This document shows positions 1 to 9,161 of a stretch of 26,062 nt of DNA, in pieces. Position numbers and translations under genes: made by a program. The notes under the pieces were generated by a model. The model saw nothing but the letters and a program-made list of their open reading frames with translations, was not told the origin of the DNA and did not search any database. The first letter of the stretch is position 1. Each line of letters begins with the position of its first letter. This DNA is from Myxococcota bacterium (lineage in GTDB: Bacteria > Myxococcota_A > UBA796 > GCA-2862545). Where the stretch lies: positions 1 through 26,062 of the forward strand of contig JBCCQY010000129.1 of NCBI GenBank assembly GCA_039208735.1. Direction: 5' to 3'.

Positions 1-788
1 CAGAACTGGTCGTAGTCGATGAGTTCGGTCACCACCGGCCGATCGGGGTCGCGTCGGAGGCCTAACTCCCGAAATGACATCTCGAGAGCATCGAACAGCA
101 GCAAACGGCCTGACAAGGAGGTGCCAAGCCCTGCGAGCAGCTTGATGGCTTCGGTGGCCTGAATGGTCCCGATAATCCCGGGCAACACCCCGATCACCCC
201 GCCTTCGGCGCAGTTCGGCACGAGCCCCGGAGGGGGCGGCTCAGGGTAGAGGTCGCGGTACTGAGGCCCCCCCGCGACGTTGAACACGCTGGCCTGACCT
301 TCGAAACGATAGATCGAGCCGTAGACGTTGGGTTTGTCGAGCAACGAGCACGCGTCATCCACGAGGTACCGCGTCGGAAAGTTGTCGGTGCCGTCCACCA
401 CGATGTCGTAGGGCTCCAGGAGGTCGAGCGCATTCGCTGAAGTGAGTGCGGCGTCATGCACATCGACCTGCACGTGCGGATTGAGGTCGGCAATCCGTCG
501 GGCCGCGCTGAGCACCTTCTTCTCACCCAACGCACCGGTCCCATGCAGGATTTGACGCTGCAGATTGCTCTCGTCGACCACATCAAAGTCCACGATGCCG
601 ATGCGGCCTACCCCCGCGGCGGCCAGGTAGAGGAGCAGGGGCGAGCCGAGGCCCCCCGACCCCACACACAGCACGGAGCCCGCCTTGAGGCGCTGCTGTC
701 CTTCGAGCCCGACCTCCGGCAGTGTGAGGTGGCGAGAATAGCGGGCGACTTCAGCATTCGTCAGCGGCGGGAGGGCCGAATGCGTCAT
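1..788 (-). CDS. moeB: MoeB/ThiF-family adenylyltransferase (MoeZ-like), 3' end outside window
   Basis: Absent from the ORF track because it is truncated. Manual translation from ATG 788 (GGAGG upstream, ATGA overlap with the Nei stop) gives MTHSALPPLTNAEVARYSRHLTLPEVGLEGQQRLKAGSVLCVGSGGLGSPLLLYLAAAGVGRIGIVDFDVVDESNLQRQ, then DGTDNF, PNCAEGGVIG and TELIDYDQF. These are classic E1-like motifs. Confidence 0.95.
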   Translation of the reverse strand, partial: MTHSALPPLTNAEVARYSRHLTLPEVGLEGQQRLKAGSVLCVGSGGLGSPLLLYLAAAGVGRIGIVDFDVVDESNLQRQILHGTGALGEKKVLSAARRIADLNPHVQVDVHDAALTSANALDLLEPYDIVVDGTDNFPTRYLVDDACSLLDKPNVYGSIYRFEGQASVFNVAGGPQYRDLYPEPPPPGLVPNCAEGGVIGVLPGIIGTIQATEAIKLLAGLGTSLSGRLLLFDALEMSFRELGLRRDPDRPVVTELIDYDQF

Positions 789-1600
789 GGTGCCTCCAGG
801 GCGGACCCGTATCGTGGCTGACAGGTCGAACACCAATAGGTCACGCGCGGCAGATCCCGGCCGTGGACCTTCGCCTGCACCCGCGTCCGACAAACCAGGC
901 AGGGGCGGCCCCTGCGGCCATAGACCCAGAGTCGTGGCTGGCCACGCCCAAACCCCGTGGTGTTCCGCGGAGCCGACCGACAATTCGCTCGCATCCAGGT
1001 TTGGCTCTTGAGATAGAGCCCGACCCACTGCTCGGCTTCGACGGCTGCGGGCGGCGTGAACGGGTCTAGGCGGAGCGCAAAGCAAACCTCGGATTTGTAG
1101 ACGTTGCCGATGCCGCAGGCGACGCGCTGATCGAGCAACACCTCGCTGACCGTGACCGCCTCGGTGGCCCGCCCCAACCTCGGCAACACCGAATCGGGTT
1201 CGAAATCCGGATCGAGCACATCGGGACCTAGTCGCGAAAGCACAGGATGAATCCTTCGTTCCCGTGTCCGAAATCGCTCCACGGTGGGGGCTTTCGTGCA
1301 GAGGAGCCCATCCTCCTTGGTGTCCAACCGCAAGCTCACGTTCCCTGGCATCACGCGGGCCCGCTCTCCGGGCGGCAACCGGCTCCATTTGCCCTTCATG
1401 CCGAGGTGCACACGAAGCGTCGTGCGATCATCGAGGCCGATGAGCAGGTGTTTGCCGATCGGTTCGAGGGTGGTCACGGTGCGTCCGACGACCCCCTGCA
1501 CCACGGCAGGCCACCGACTGAAGGCATGGGTGACGGTTCGTCCCACCAGACGAGGGGACAGCAGCTGGGCGTGAACAAAAACGGTGTCGCCTTCAGGCAT
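785..1600 (-). CDS. nei: Fpg/Nei-family DNA glycosylase/AP lyase (endonuclease VIII-like)
   Basis: N-terminal catalytic MPEG, GKHL, HLGMKG, H2TH motif LLDQRVACGIGNVYKSE, C-terminal zinc finger CLVC...CSTCQ. Confidence 0.93.
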   Translation of the reverse strand: MPEGDTVFVHAQLLSPRLVGRTVTHAFSRWPAVVQGVVGRTVTTLEPIGKHLLIGLDDRTTLRVHLGMKGKWSRLPPGERARVMPGNVSLRLDTKEDGLLCTKAPTVERFRTRERRIHPVLSRLGPDVLDPDFEPDSVLPRLGRATEAVTVSEVLLDQRVACGIGNVYKSEVCFALRLDPFTPPAAVEAEQWVGLYLKSQTWMRANCRSAPRNTTGFGRGQPRLWVYGRRGRPCLVCRTRVQAKVHGRDLPRVTYWCSTCQPRYGSALEAP

Positions 1601-1609
1601 CGACGTGCC

Positions 1610-3223
1610 CTACCGTCGCCGACGCGCGGGGTCGACGGGAGCCACCGGTGGGTGCGGGTAGATCGGGGAGTACGGCGGCAGGTTGGGCCCTGCGTACCAG
1701 GGTCCCCGCTCGTAGGGGGCTTGCATCACAGGGGTCATCCAAGCGGCGCCCGTTCCCCACAGGAACGCCACAACTCCAATCCCCAACAGGCCGCGACGTA
1801 CCGGCGCTTCCTGGTTGGAGGCGAACACGGCAAGCGGACTGCCGAGAACCAGGAGAAATCCCGTCCACAGGAGTACGGTGGGCGGAACCATCTGATGATG
1901 GGCGAGTTCCCGAATGGCGTCGCCTCGGACGAAGTAGAGCCCTGGCCACAATGCCACGGGCAGCAAGCCCCACGCCACGAGCCTTGGCACCCGGTCGAGA
2001 AGGGCGGTCGCCAGCGCTGCGGACAAGACCGGGGGGGCCAGCAGCGGTAGCCCGCCCCACACGGCCAATCCCGCAAGGCCGAGGAACAGCGCCACGACCA
2101 TCGTCGCGGCCAGCGCTCCCTTCACCTCAATGCGGGACACGGCCACCAGCAAGCCAGCCCACCCCGCCGTCGCCACGTAGCCAGCGAGCGCAAGGCCAAA
2201 CGGTCGGGAGCCCGCGACGGCAAACCCAATCCACGCACCCATCGCAGCCAACAGGACGAGTCCTCCTAACGGCGCAAGCGCCAAGGCTTCTTTGGTCTTT
2301 CGATGCGCGTCGAACCGTGCCGCTAGGGTACCGACCAACAGGCCTGCCATCGCGACGAGGACCCCCCACCCGGGCACCACCATCCGCGTCCATGGCACCA
2401 CGACCGCAATGCCACCCGAACCACGGGGAAGCGGCGGTGCGTAGGCAACGCCGTGAACCGCGGCATAGGCGGCGGCCAAGGTCTCTGGTTCGAGGGAGGA
2501 CGGTTCGTCGTCTGCGGTGTGGTAGGGCCACAACACCCCCGACTCGGCCCGCGCCATGAGGTGGCTGCTCGGAATGCCCATCCGACCAAACCAATGATGA
2601 TCGGAGCGTTCCATCGATGGGTAGCCCTGCGAAATCGCCCGGTAGACCCAAGGCACCTCGGCCGGAGCGACCTCGAGCAACGCCCGCAGTTGCGAGGTCG
2701 ACCACGCCGGACCGAGTCCGTTGTGGGTAAGCTGGCCCCGCCCGACCAAATCGAGCGCCATCACTTGATCGAGCGGCGCCCGTTCGCCGGTCACATCTGC
2801 TGCGAGACGACGCGAGCCTCGAAGACCGATTTCTTCGCTGTCCGGAAATGCGAGGCACACGGTGCGTGGACGCTGCTCCGCGCCTGGCAAGTCACGCGCC
2901 AGGTGTAGAAGGACCGCCATCGCTGCGGCGTTGTCGTTGGCACCCGGAACTGCGGCATGCACCGTGTCCGTGTGCGCAATGAAGAGGACGATGCGTGCAT
3001 CGGCGCCCGGTTGACACCCCATGACGTAGCCGTCGGGCCCCAACACCCGCTCCGCGGTCCAGCCCGCAGCCTCCAAGGTGGCCTGGGTCCATCGCTGAGC
3101 CGCATCGCCCGCTGCCGTCCGCGCGGGTCGAGGACCCAGTTCTTCGACGATGGCCGTCGCCTCGGCCAAGAGCGTCTCACCTAGCTCCGACGCCCCTGCC
3201 GTCAGCGCAAGCCAAACCATCAT
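1610..3223 (-). CDS. M28-family zinc peptidase with C-terminal multi-pass membrane domain
   Basis: Short signal-like N-terminus; AHTD, GANDNAA, DSEE, LDLVG, SDH and YHT..D motifs; several hydrophobic helices in the C-terminal half; Pro-rich tail. Confidence 0.88.
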   Translation of the reverse strand: MMVWLALTAGASELGETLLAEATAIVEELGPRPARTAAGDAAQRWTQATLEAAGWTAERVLGPDGYVMGCQPGADARIVLFIAHTDTVHAAVPGANDNAAAMAVLLHLARDLPGAEQRPRTVCLAFPDSEEIGLRGSRRLAADVTGERAPLDQVMALDLVGRGQLTHNGLGPAWSTSQLRALLEVAPAEVPWVYRAISQGYPSMERSDHHWFGRMGIPSSHLMARAESGVLWPYHTADDEPSSLEPETLAAAYAAVHGVAYAPPLPRGSGGIAVVVPWTRMVVPGWGVLVAMAGLLVGTLAARFDAHRKTKEALALAPLGGLVLLAAMGAWIGFAVAGSRPFGLALAGYVATAGWAGLLVAVSRIEVKGALAATMVVALFLGLAGLAVWGGLPLLAPPVLSAALATALLDRVPRLVAWGLLPVALWPGLYFVRGDAIRELAHHQMVPPTVLLWTGFLLVLGSPLAVFASNQEAPVRRGLLGIGVVAFLWGTGAAWMTPVMQAPYERGPWYAGPNLPPYSPIYPHPPVAPVDPARRRR

Positions 3224-4998
3224 CCGCCGGCGTACCTCGGGCCCGAAGACGACACCCGCACCACGCGGCCTGGCTTGACCCCGGTAGGTTCATCGTCGAG
3301 GCGCACCACCGAGCCGCCCAAGATGGTCGCGCGGTACCCTCGTGCCGACTGCAACAGGCGCTTGCCCCCGGCCGGGAGGTCGGCCACCATCGACGGTGGA
3401 CGAATGCCCAGCCGATCGAACTCGATGACGTTGATGTCCGCGCGCTGACCCACGAGGATCTCTCCGCGATCTGAAAGTCCCATGTATCGCGCAGTATCGC
3501 GCGCCTGCGCCTTGATGAGCGCCTCGAGAGGCAACCGGCCGTCTGCACGGTCTCGGCCCCAATGAGTAAGCAAGAAGGTCGGAAAACTCGCATCGCAGAT
3601 CGTGCCTACGTGGGCGCCTCCGTCCGAGAGCCCAGGCAAGGCCAAGGGGTGCGTCAACATCTGACGCACCGTGTCGAGGTTCATGCCCGTGTAGTTGAGC
3701 AGCGGAAAGTAGAGCAGGGACCGGCCATCATCCTCGAGGAATGCATCGTAGAACACCTCGAGCACCGACACGCCTCGGGCCTGGGCTTCCATGAAGAGGC
3801 TGTCTTCGAGACGAGGCTCGTAGTTGGGCGGATCGCCGAGTCGGAACGTACGCAAGGCCACCAGGTCAAGCTTCGCGAGCAGCTCGTCAGCGAGTTTGGG
3901 TAGCCGACTGCCATCTCCGGCCACGCTCGTGGTTTGCTCCTTCAGCATGCGTGCCTTGCGAGCCGGATCTCTCAACGCCGCCACCCGCTCGGCAAGCGGC
4001 AGTCCCGCGATGTCCTTGTAGGACGGGAACCCCATGAACACGTGGAAGGTGGCTTCGAGACCTAGCAACACCCCAATCGCGCGCGGGGCAACCTGGGCCC
4101 GTACATCGAAACCACGCGCCGCGAGGCCTTCCAAACGACCGAAGATGGTCGACCATTGCTCCGCGACTTGATCCCGCTGCAGGAGAGAAATCGACATCGA
4201 CCGTTTTGGTGCGACCTCGACCATCGCTTCAAGCAGTCCAAACTCGCGGTCGAAGTCTGCATCCTCCCGCATGAAGTCGAAGTCATTGACGGCCTGCAAC
4301 ACGCCATGGTCTTGTTCGCCGACGACTTTGGCAAGGGCCACCAGTTCACGACGTGACGCCTCGGAAGCCGGGGTGTACTCCCCCGTCGCGGTGCGATGAG
4401 TGTCCGTCCGGCCCGTCGAGAACCCCGCTGCCCCCGCCTCGAACGCCTCTCGCAGCACCCGTTGCATCGCTTCGAGATCGTCGTCCGTAGCATCGGATCC
4501 GGCGACCGCGCGTTCGCCCATCACGTAGACACGAAGGGCGTCATGTGGCACCTGCGCAACCAGGTCGGCCGCGTGTGGCACCCGATCGAGCGCATCGAGG
4601 TAGCCGGGAAAACTCTCCCAATCCCAGGTCAGCCCTTCACTTAGGGCGGTGCCAGGGATGTCTTCGACGCCTTCCATAAGTTGGACGAGCCGCTCTTGGT
4701 CGGCCGGTCGGCAGGGTGCAAACCCCACCCCGCAGTTGCCTAGAACCAGGGTCGTCACCCCATGTTCCGTCGATGGCGCGAGGTCTCCATCCCACGAGGC
4801 CTGTCCGTCGTAGTGGGTGTGGATGTCGGTGAATCCCGGGGTCACCAGCGCGCCATCGGCCATCAGCGTGCGCCGCGCTGCCGTCGTGACCTTACCGACC
4901 TCGACGATGACGCCGTCCTTGACGCCCACGTCGGCGGTGAAGCGAGGGGCTCCGGTGCCATCGACCACGGTGCCACCCAGGATGTTGATGTCGTTCAT
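3220..4998 (-). CDS. N-acyl-D-amino-acid deacylase family amidohydrolase
   Basis: Probable true start [16 protein letters not shown] at ATG 4998 (ATGA overlap with the symporter stop); [40 protein letters not shown] motifs. Confidence 0.92.
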   Translation of the reverse strand: MNDINILGGTVVDGTGAPRFTADVGVKDGVIVEVGKVTTAARRTLMADGALVTPGFTDIHTHYDGQASWDGDLAPSTEHGVTTLVLGNCGVGFAPCRPADQERLVQLMEGVEDIPGTALSEGLTWDWESFPGYLDALDRVPHAADLVAQVPHDALRVYVMGERAVAGSDATDDDLEAMQRVLREAFEAGAAGFSTGRTDTHRTATGEYTPASEASRRELVALAKVVGEQDHGVLQAVNDFDFMREDADFDREFGLLEAMVEVAPKRSMSISLLQRDQVAEQWSTIFGRLEGLAARGFDVRAQVAPRAIGVLLGLEATFHVFMGFPSYKDIAGLPLAERVAALRDPARKARMLKEQTTSVAGDGSRLPKLADELLAKLDLVALRTFRLGDPPNYEPRLEDSLFMEAQARGVSVLEVFYDAFLEDDGRSLLYFPLLNYTGMNLDTVRQMLTHPLALPGLSDGGAHVGTICDASFPTFLLTHWGRDRADGRLPLEALIKAQARDTARYMGLSDRGEILVGQRADINVIEFDRLGIRPPSMVADLPAGGKRLLQSARGYRATILGGSVVRLDDEPTGVKPGRVVRVSSSGPRYAGG

Positions 4999-5906
4999 GC
5001 GGTTGTCTCCATCCGCCGATCTTGCCACGCCCAAAACGAGGCCAGCGCGAGACCCGCGATGATGTGCCAGATTCCCCACCAGCCAGCGACGATCGCCATG
5101 CCGCCTAGGCCTTCGAAGAAGTTGAAGATGAGCACGAGGCCAAGCCCCGAGTTTTGAATTCCCACCTCGATCGCCACCGCGCGCCGTTCGGTCGTGGGCA
5201 AGCCTGCCCACCCTCCCGCGGTCCATCCGATGCCCAGCGCCAATGCGTTGAGCAACGCGACGGGCAAAGCTACCGTTCCGATGGCGACGATGAACACGTC
5301 GAAGTTGCTCGCGAACGCGCCCACCACCACGAGGCCGAAGAACACCAGTGACAGCACCCGCATGGGCCGGCGCAACCAGGCCGCCAGCTTCGGGGCGCGC
5401 GCTGCCACCAGCATGCCGATGGCGCAGGGCACCGCTAACAGCAGGGCCACATTCACCGCTACCTGCAAGGGGTCCAGCGCGACATCGCGAATCAAGGCTG
5501 CGGTACTGGGGTGCATCGAACCCCAGAACGTCAGGTTGAGCGGCGTGGTCACGACCGCCGCAAGCGTCGAGACCGCGGTCATTCCGACCGACACCGACAC
5601 GCGCCCACCCGCGAGCTGCGTGATCACGTTTGAGATGTTTCCGCCTGGGCAAGCGGCGACCAAGATCATGCCCAAGGCCATGCTCGGCACGGGCGCCACC
5701 GCGATGGCCAAGGGAAAGGCGAGAGCGGGCAACAGGAGGAACTGACAAAACAGTCCCACCATGGGTGCACGCGGGTCCTTGGCGAGCTGCTGAAAGTCGC
5801 GCAGGGAAAGGTCGAGCGCGACCCCAAACATGATGAAGGCCAGCGCGACGTTGATGACGAACAGGCCATTGCTGTCGAACGACAGCCGCAGTGCATCCAC
5901 GGACAT
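4995..5906 (-). CDS. Bile acid:sodium symporter (BASS/SBF) family transporter
   Basis: Hydrophobic throughout; IMFGVAL, QFLLLP, ACPGGNISN and AIEVGIQNSGLG motifs. Confidence 0.93.
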   Translation of the reverse strand: MSVDALRLSFDSNGLFVINVALAFIMFGVALDLSLRDFQQLAKDPRAPMVGLFCQFLLLPALAFPLAIAVAPVPSMALGMILVAACPGGNISNVITQLAGGRVSVSVGMTAVSTLAAVVTTPLNLTFWGSMHPSTAALIRDVALDPLQVAVNVALLLAVPCAIGMLVAARAPKLAAWLRRPMRVLSLVFFGLVVVGAFASNFDVFIVAIGTVALPVALLNALALGIGWTAGGWAGLPTTERRAVAIEVGIQNSGLGLVLIFNFFEGLGGMAIVAGWWGIWHIIAGLALASFWAWQDRRMETTA

Positions 5907-5981
5907 CGCCGCATGGTAGCAGAGGCTGGCGTCGCTCCGGCCACAGGACTATGGTCCAAGCGTCCGAAACGGAGGTGTCCG

Positions 5982-6041
5982 ATGCAAATGCCCGTTGCCA
6001 AGCCTGCGTCGCCCTCCCACGGAGCACAGCGCGCGCGGTAG
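5982..6041 (+). CDS. Putative 19-aa leader peptide (MQMPVAKPASPSHGAQRAR) upstream of rsgA
   Basis: Perfect SD GGAGGT at 5971-5976, 5 nt before ATG 5982; TAG at 6039-6041; TATGGT -10-like hexamer at 5950-5955. Confidence 0.5.
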   Translation: MQMPVAKPASPSHGAQRAR

Positions 6042-6051
6042 CGCCCGACGC

Positions 6052-6121
6052 TCGAGGGTGACCGAGTCCTTCTCCCAACCGATGGGTTTGCCCCATGGGA
6101 ACGGGGACCTCTGCACCTCGA
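6052..6121 (+). promoter_or_regulatory. Putative structured 5' leader or attenuator of rsgA
   Basis: TCGAG(G)GTG 6052-6060 complements CACCTCGA 6114-6121 and encloses short alternative stems (CCCA/TGGG and CCCC/GGGG versus TCCCA/TGGGA and ATGGG/CCCAT). Confidence 0.35.
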
Positions 6122-6138
6122 ACGTACGGAATTCTCCA

Positions 6139-7155
6139 ATGATGGACGATGATACGTGGGAGCTCCGCTCTCGCGACCGGCAGCGCTTGTCGCGCCGATC
6201 CAACAAGCGACGAACCAAGAAGAAGGGCTCTCGTCGCGATTCTGCATCTCCCGAACGCCTCGATGGTCCCACCGCGGGTGGGGTGGTCATCGAGGCCAAC
6301 GCACAAGCCGGGTCGGTCGTGCTCTCCGACGGCCGCACCGTGCTCGCCACCCTTTCAAGCCGGGTGCTGTCTCACGGTGGGCTGTGCGTAGGCGACGAAG
6401 TGACGGTGCGCCTTGGCGTGCATGACACCGCGGTCGTCGAGCGCGTTGCCAAACGCCGGACCTTGCTCGTGCGAACCCATCCGCAAGTGCGACATCGCGA
6501 ACTGACCATCGTGGCCAATGTCGATGCCATCGGCATCGTCAGCGCGGCCTCCGATCCGCCCTTCCGCCCTCGACTCGTCGATCGCTACCTGGTGGCCATC
6601 GAACGCAGCGGGGCCAGTCCGTTCCTCGTGATCAACAAGCTCGATGAAGCGGATGCGACGCGCCAAGCTGAACTCGATGACCTCCTCGAACCCTACGGCG
6701 CACTCGATCTCCCGACCTATCGGGTGTCTGCGGCAACGGGCGAAGGCATGAACGCGCTGATCGAAGCCCTGCGGGGCCAGCGGTTGGCCTTTGTCGGGCA
6801 TTCGGGGGTCGGGAAGTCCTCGCTGGTCACAGCGATGGGGGCATCGGCCGTGGTTGGCGGCCTGGCTGAGCATGGTCGTGGGCGCCACACCACCTCGAGT
6901 TCCACGTTGCACCGCTTCGAAGGCGGCACCGAGATCATCGACACGCCAGGGGTGCGCCAGTTCGGCCTCCCCAAGCTCACGCTACGGCAGCTGCAGCAAG
7001 CGTTCACGGACTTCGAACCGTTTGCCGCAGGGTGTGCCTTCGCGAGTTGCCGACACGCGGACGAGCCGAACTGCGCCGTCCGAAATGCCGTCGAGGAAGG
7101 CGCATTGTCGGCGGCCCGATACGATAGTTATCGCCGGCTACTCGCCGCGCTCTGA
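6139..7155 (+). CDS. rsgA: Ribosome small subunit-dependent GTPase A
   Basis: Circularly permuted GTPase motifs NKLD, VSAAT, GHSGVGKSS, GRHTT and DTPG, plus zinc cluster CAFASCRHADEPNC. Start probably ATG 6139 or 6142 rather than TTG 5995. Confidence 0.95.
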   Translation: MMDDDTWELRSRDRQRLSRRSNKRRTKKKGSRRDSASPERLDGPTAGGVVIEANAQAGSVVLSDGRTVLATLSSRVLSHGGLCVGDEVTVRLGVHDTAVVERVAKRRTLLVRTHPQVRHRELTIVANVDAIGIVSAASDPPFRPRLVDRYLVAIERSGASPFLVINKLDEADATRQAELDDLLEPYGALDLPTYRVSAATGEGMNALIEALRGQRLAFVGHSGVGKSSLVTAMGASAVVGGLAEHGRGRHTTSSSTLHRFEGGTEIIDTPGVRQFGLPKLTLRQLQQAFTDFEPFAAGCAFASCRHADEPNCAVRNAVEEGALSAARYDSYRRLLAAL

Positions 7156-8187
7156 ACGCGCATGGTTGGCAACGGTCGGTGGCAACACGTTGCCGGCCGC
7201 TTGCAAGCGCAATGCTTCAGGGTGCGCGCGGTAGTGGTCCCGCACCGTCTTTGCGAGCGCCAGCTTCACCGCGTCCGTGACGGAGGCGGGATGCTCGCTT
7301 GGCAACGCGGCCACGAGACCCTCGACCAGCGGTCGCTGGACATCAGGCACCCGGTCGGCGTAGGACGCGAGCTGGGCAGGGTCGACATGCGACGGGAGCG
7401 ACCCCAGGATGCCGACGTCGTTATCGCCGTGCACCATCAGCCCCGAGGTGGTGCCCCGGTCCAAGGTGAGCACCTGGAAGAGGTAGACCGTGTGGTACGC
7501 GAGCTGGGCTGCCCGATCCGCCTCCGTCACCGGATCGCCGAGGTGTTGCTTGAGCAACGAGCCGTAGGTATCGATCGCCGTGCCGATCACCCGTTCGGCC
7601 AACGCCCGGTCAGCCTCGAAATCTCCCGTGTCGAAGGCTTCGAGGTAGAAATGCACTACGCCCCGATGGCGCTGCAGGGCATCGATCCAAAAGTAGCGGT
7701 CCCCCTGGGCAAAGGCCGCTTCAGCCTGGGCCGGCGCGGACTGGGCGAGCGCCTCGCGAAACCGGGCCGTGTCGGGCTCGAGGGGCAGCGACGGATTCAG
7801 GTCGGCCATCACGCGCCAGTACGCCCGGCCCTCCTTCAGGCTCGTATGCGACACGTGCAGATGAATGGAGGGGGCTCGCGGGGGGCGCGGGTGCACGATG
7901 CTCGACAGGGCCACCGCCGCTCCGAGCTTGCGGTCAGGCTGGTCGTCGTAGTGCACGACGGACACGTTGACACTTGCCCGGTCGAACGCCTTGTTTGACC
8001 CGGTCTGGTACCGCGTGCCCCCACCGTGACGCCCATCATCGCGCAGCCACGGTCGCGGTTCGAACGAGGGCGCGTCGGGGAATCGGCCACGTGCGGCTTG
8101 CGTCAACACCGTGACGAAGCGCTGCTGGAGGGATTCGACCACGTTGCGGGCCGCGAGAACCTGCGGGTGCTGGGAAGGGGTGCTCAT
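7138..8187 (-). CDS. hemF: Oxygen-dependent coproporphyrinogen III oxidase, divergent type
   Basis: GGGTRY, FDRASVNVSVVH, SSIVHP..P.APSIHLH, GDRYFWI...RHRG, DRGTTSGL and ILGSLP match the HemF motif series. 18-bp convergent overlap with rsgA. Confidence 0.82.
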   Translation of the reverse strand: MSTPSQHPQVLAARNVVESLQQRFVTVLTQAARGRFPDAPSFEPRPWLRDDGRHGGGTRYQTGSNKAFDRASVNVSVVHYDDQPDRKLGAAVALSSIVHPRPPRAPSIHLHVSHTSLKEGRAYWRVMADLNPSLPLEPDTARFREALAQSAPAQAEAAFAQGDRYFWIDALQRHRGVVHFYLEAFDTGDFEADRALAERVIGTAIDTYGSLLKQHLGDPVTEADRAAQLAYHTVYLFQVLTLDRGTTSGLMVHGDNDVGILGSLPSHVDPAQLASYADRVPDVQRPLVEGLVAALPSEHPASVTDAVKLALAKTVRDHYRAHPEALRLQAAGNVLPPTVANHARSERGE

Positions 8188-8208
8188 GCGGCCAGGGTAT
8201 GGTCCAGA

Positions 8209-8739
8209 TCAGGGCTTGGAAAGCAGCCCGTCAATGTATTCGTCAACCAGCCGATCCTTGTTCGCTTCACGCTGATCGACCTCGGCCTGCAGCTTGTCGA
8301 GCTTCGACTGAAGTTCTTGCAGACGAACCCTTCGTTCGACCTGCTTCAACTCCATCAGTGCAAGCGCCTTTTTGACCATCTGAGCGCGCAACGACACCCG
8401 CTCGTCGCCTGACGACGTGGCTTGGTACCGATCCCGCAAGGCGAGAATCTCGGAGTTGATCCGTCGAATCTCAACCGCTCGGGCTAGCGCGTCCGGGTCA
8501 GATGCGGTGCGTTCGATGCGCCGGGCGATGCGTCGCAACACGGTTCGATACTGCTCGGGGTCGCGCCGCTTGAGTCGAACCAAGCGCTGATGCTGCGTCG
8601 GATCGAGCAGCCGTACCGACTCGAGGATGTTCGCTTCGTCGAGCGGCACTGGCGAATCGGGTCGGAGCACGGAAGCCGGAGGCACGTCGCTCGAACCGCC
8701 TGGGGCGCCGAAGGCCACGATGGACCACAACCACCACAT
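8209..8739 (-). CDS. Exported helical/coiled-coil protein (possible Spy/CpxP-like accessory of the ECF system)
   Basis: Signal-like MWWLWSIVAFG starting at ATG 8739 (TGATG overlap with the anti-sigma stop); R/E/L-rich heptads. Confidence 0.7.
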   Translation of the reverse strand: MWWLWSIVAFGAPGGSSDVPPASVLRPDSPVPLDEANILESVRLLDPTQHQRLVRLKRRDPEQYRTVLRRIARRIERTASDPDALARAVEIRRINSEILALRDRYQATSSGDERVSLRAQMVKKALALMELKQVERRVRLQELQSKLDKLQAEVDQREANKDRLVDEYIDGLLSKP

Positions 8740-9161
8740 CACAGGGTCTCCCATTCGACATTGGCCTCGAGTTCTCCAACTTCCCCAACGAGGTCGTCAA
8801 ATCGCTCATCGAGCAGGTCATCCCCCAACGCGAGCGCCGATAGCTCCTGGGTCGCAAGGTCGGCCCCCGGTTCGGGGGCGGGCCCCCGGTTCATCAACAG
8901 CACGCCCGCTGCCGCCGCGAGCGCCACGGCCGTCAACGACACCGCCCGAACGCTCCAGCCCCGATTCACCGGACGGGGAGCCGCGGGCGGGTCTTCGCAA
9001 AGGTCCAAATGCGAGACCTCTGCCATGGCGCTCATGACGTCGGCGTGGTCAGCCGCCACAGCCTGACATTCCGCGCACGAGGCCACATGCGCATCGTGCG
9101 ACGCGTCGGCCTCGCCGTACAACCACAACAGGGTGGTGGTGGTGGCATGTGGGCAGCTCAT
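8739..9161 (-). CDS. Zinc-finger (ZAS, HxxxCxxC) transmembrane anti-sigma factor
   Basis: Start MSCPHA at ATG 9161 (ATGA overlap with the sigma stop, GGAGG upstream); HVASCAEC motif; one TM helix; acidic tail. Confidence 0.85.
   Translation of the reverse strand: MSCPHATTTTLLWLYGEADASHDAHVASCAECQAVAADHADVMSAMAEVSHLDLCEDPPAAPRPVNRGWSVRAVSLTAVALAAAAGVLLMNRGPAPEPGADLATQELSALALGDDLLDERFDDLVGEVGELEANVEWETL

Noticed and set aside
5995..6138. N-terminal extension on RsgA from TTG 5995
   Set aside because: No family-like sequence, and the region is better explained by a uORF plus leader. The exact start remains unproven.
3220..6306. 1028-aa ORF suggesting a large amidohydrolase fusion
   Set aside because: The first ~436 codons are R/G/A-rich shadow translation overlapping the BASS gene in another frame and rsgA antisense. 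The amidohydrolase begins at ATG 4998.
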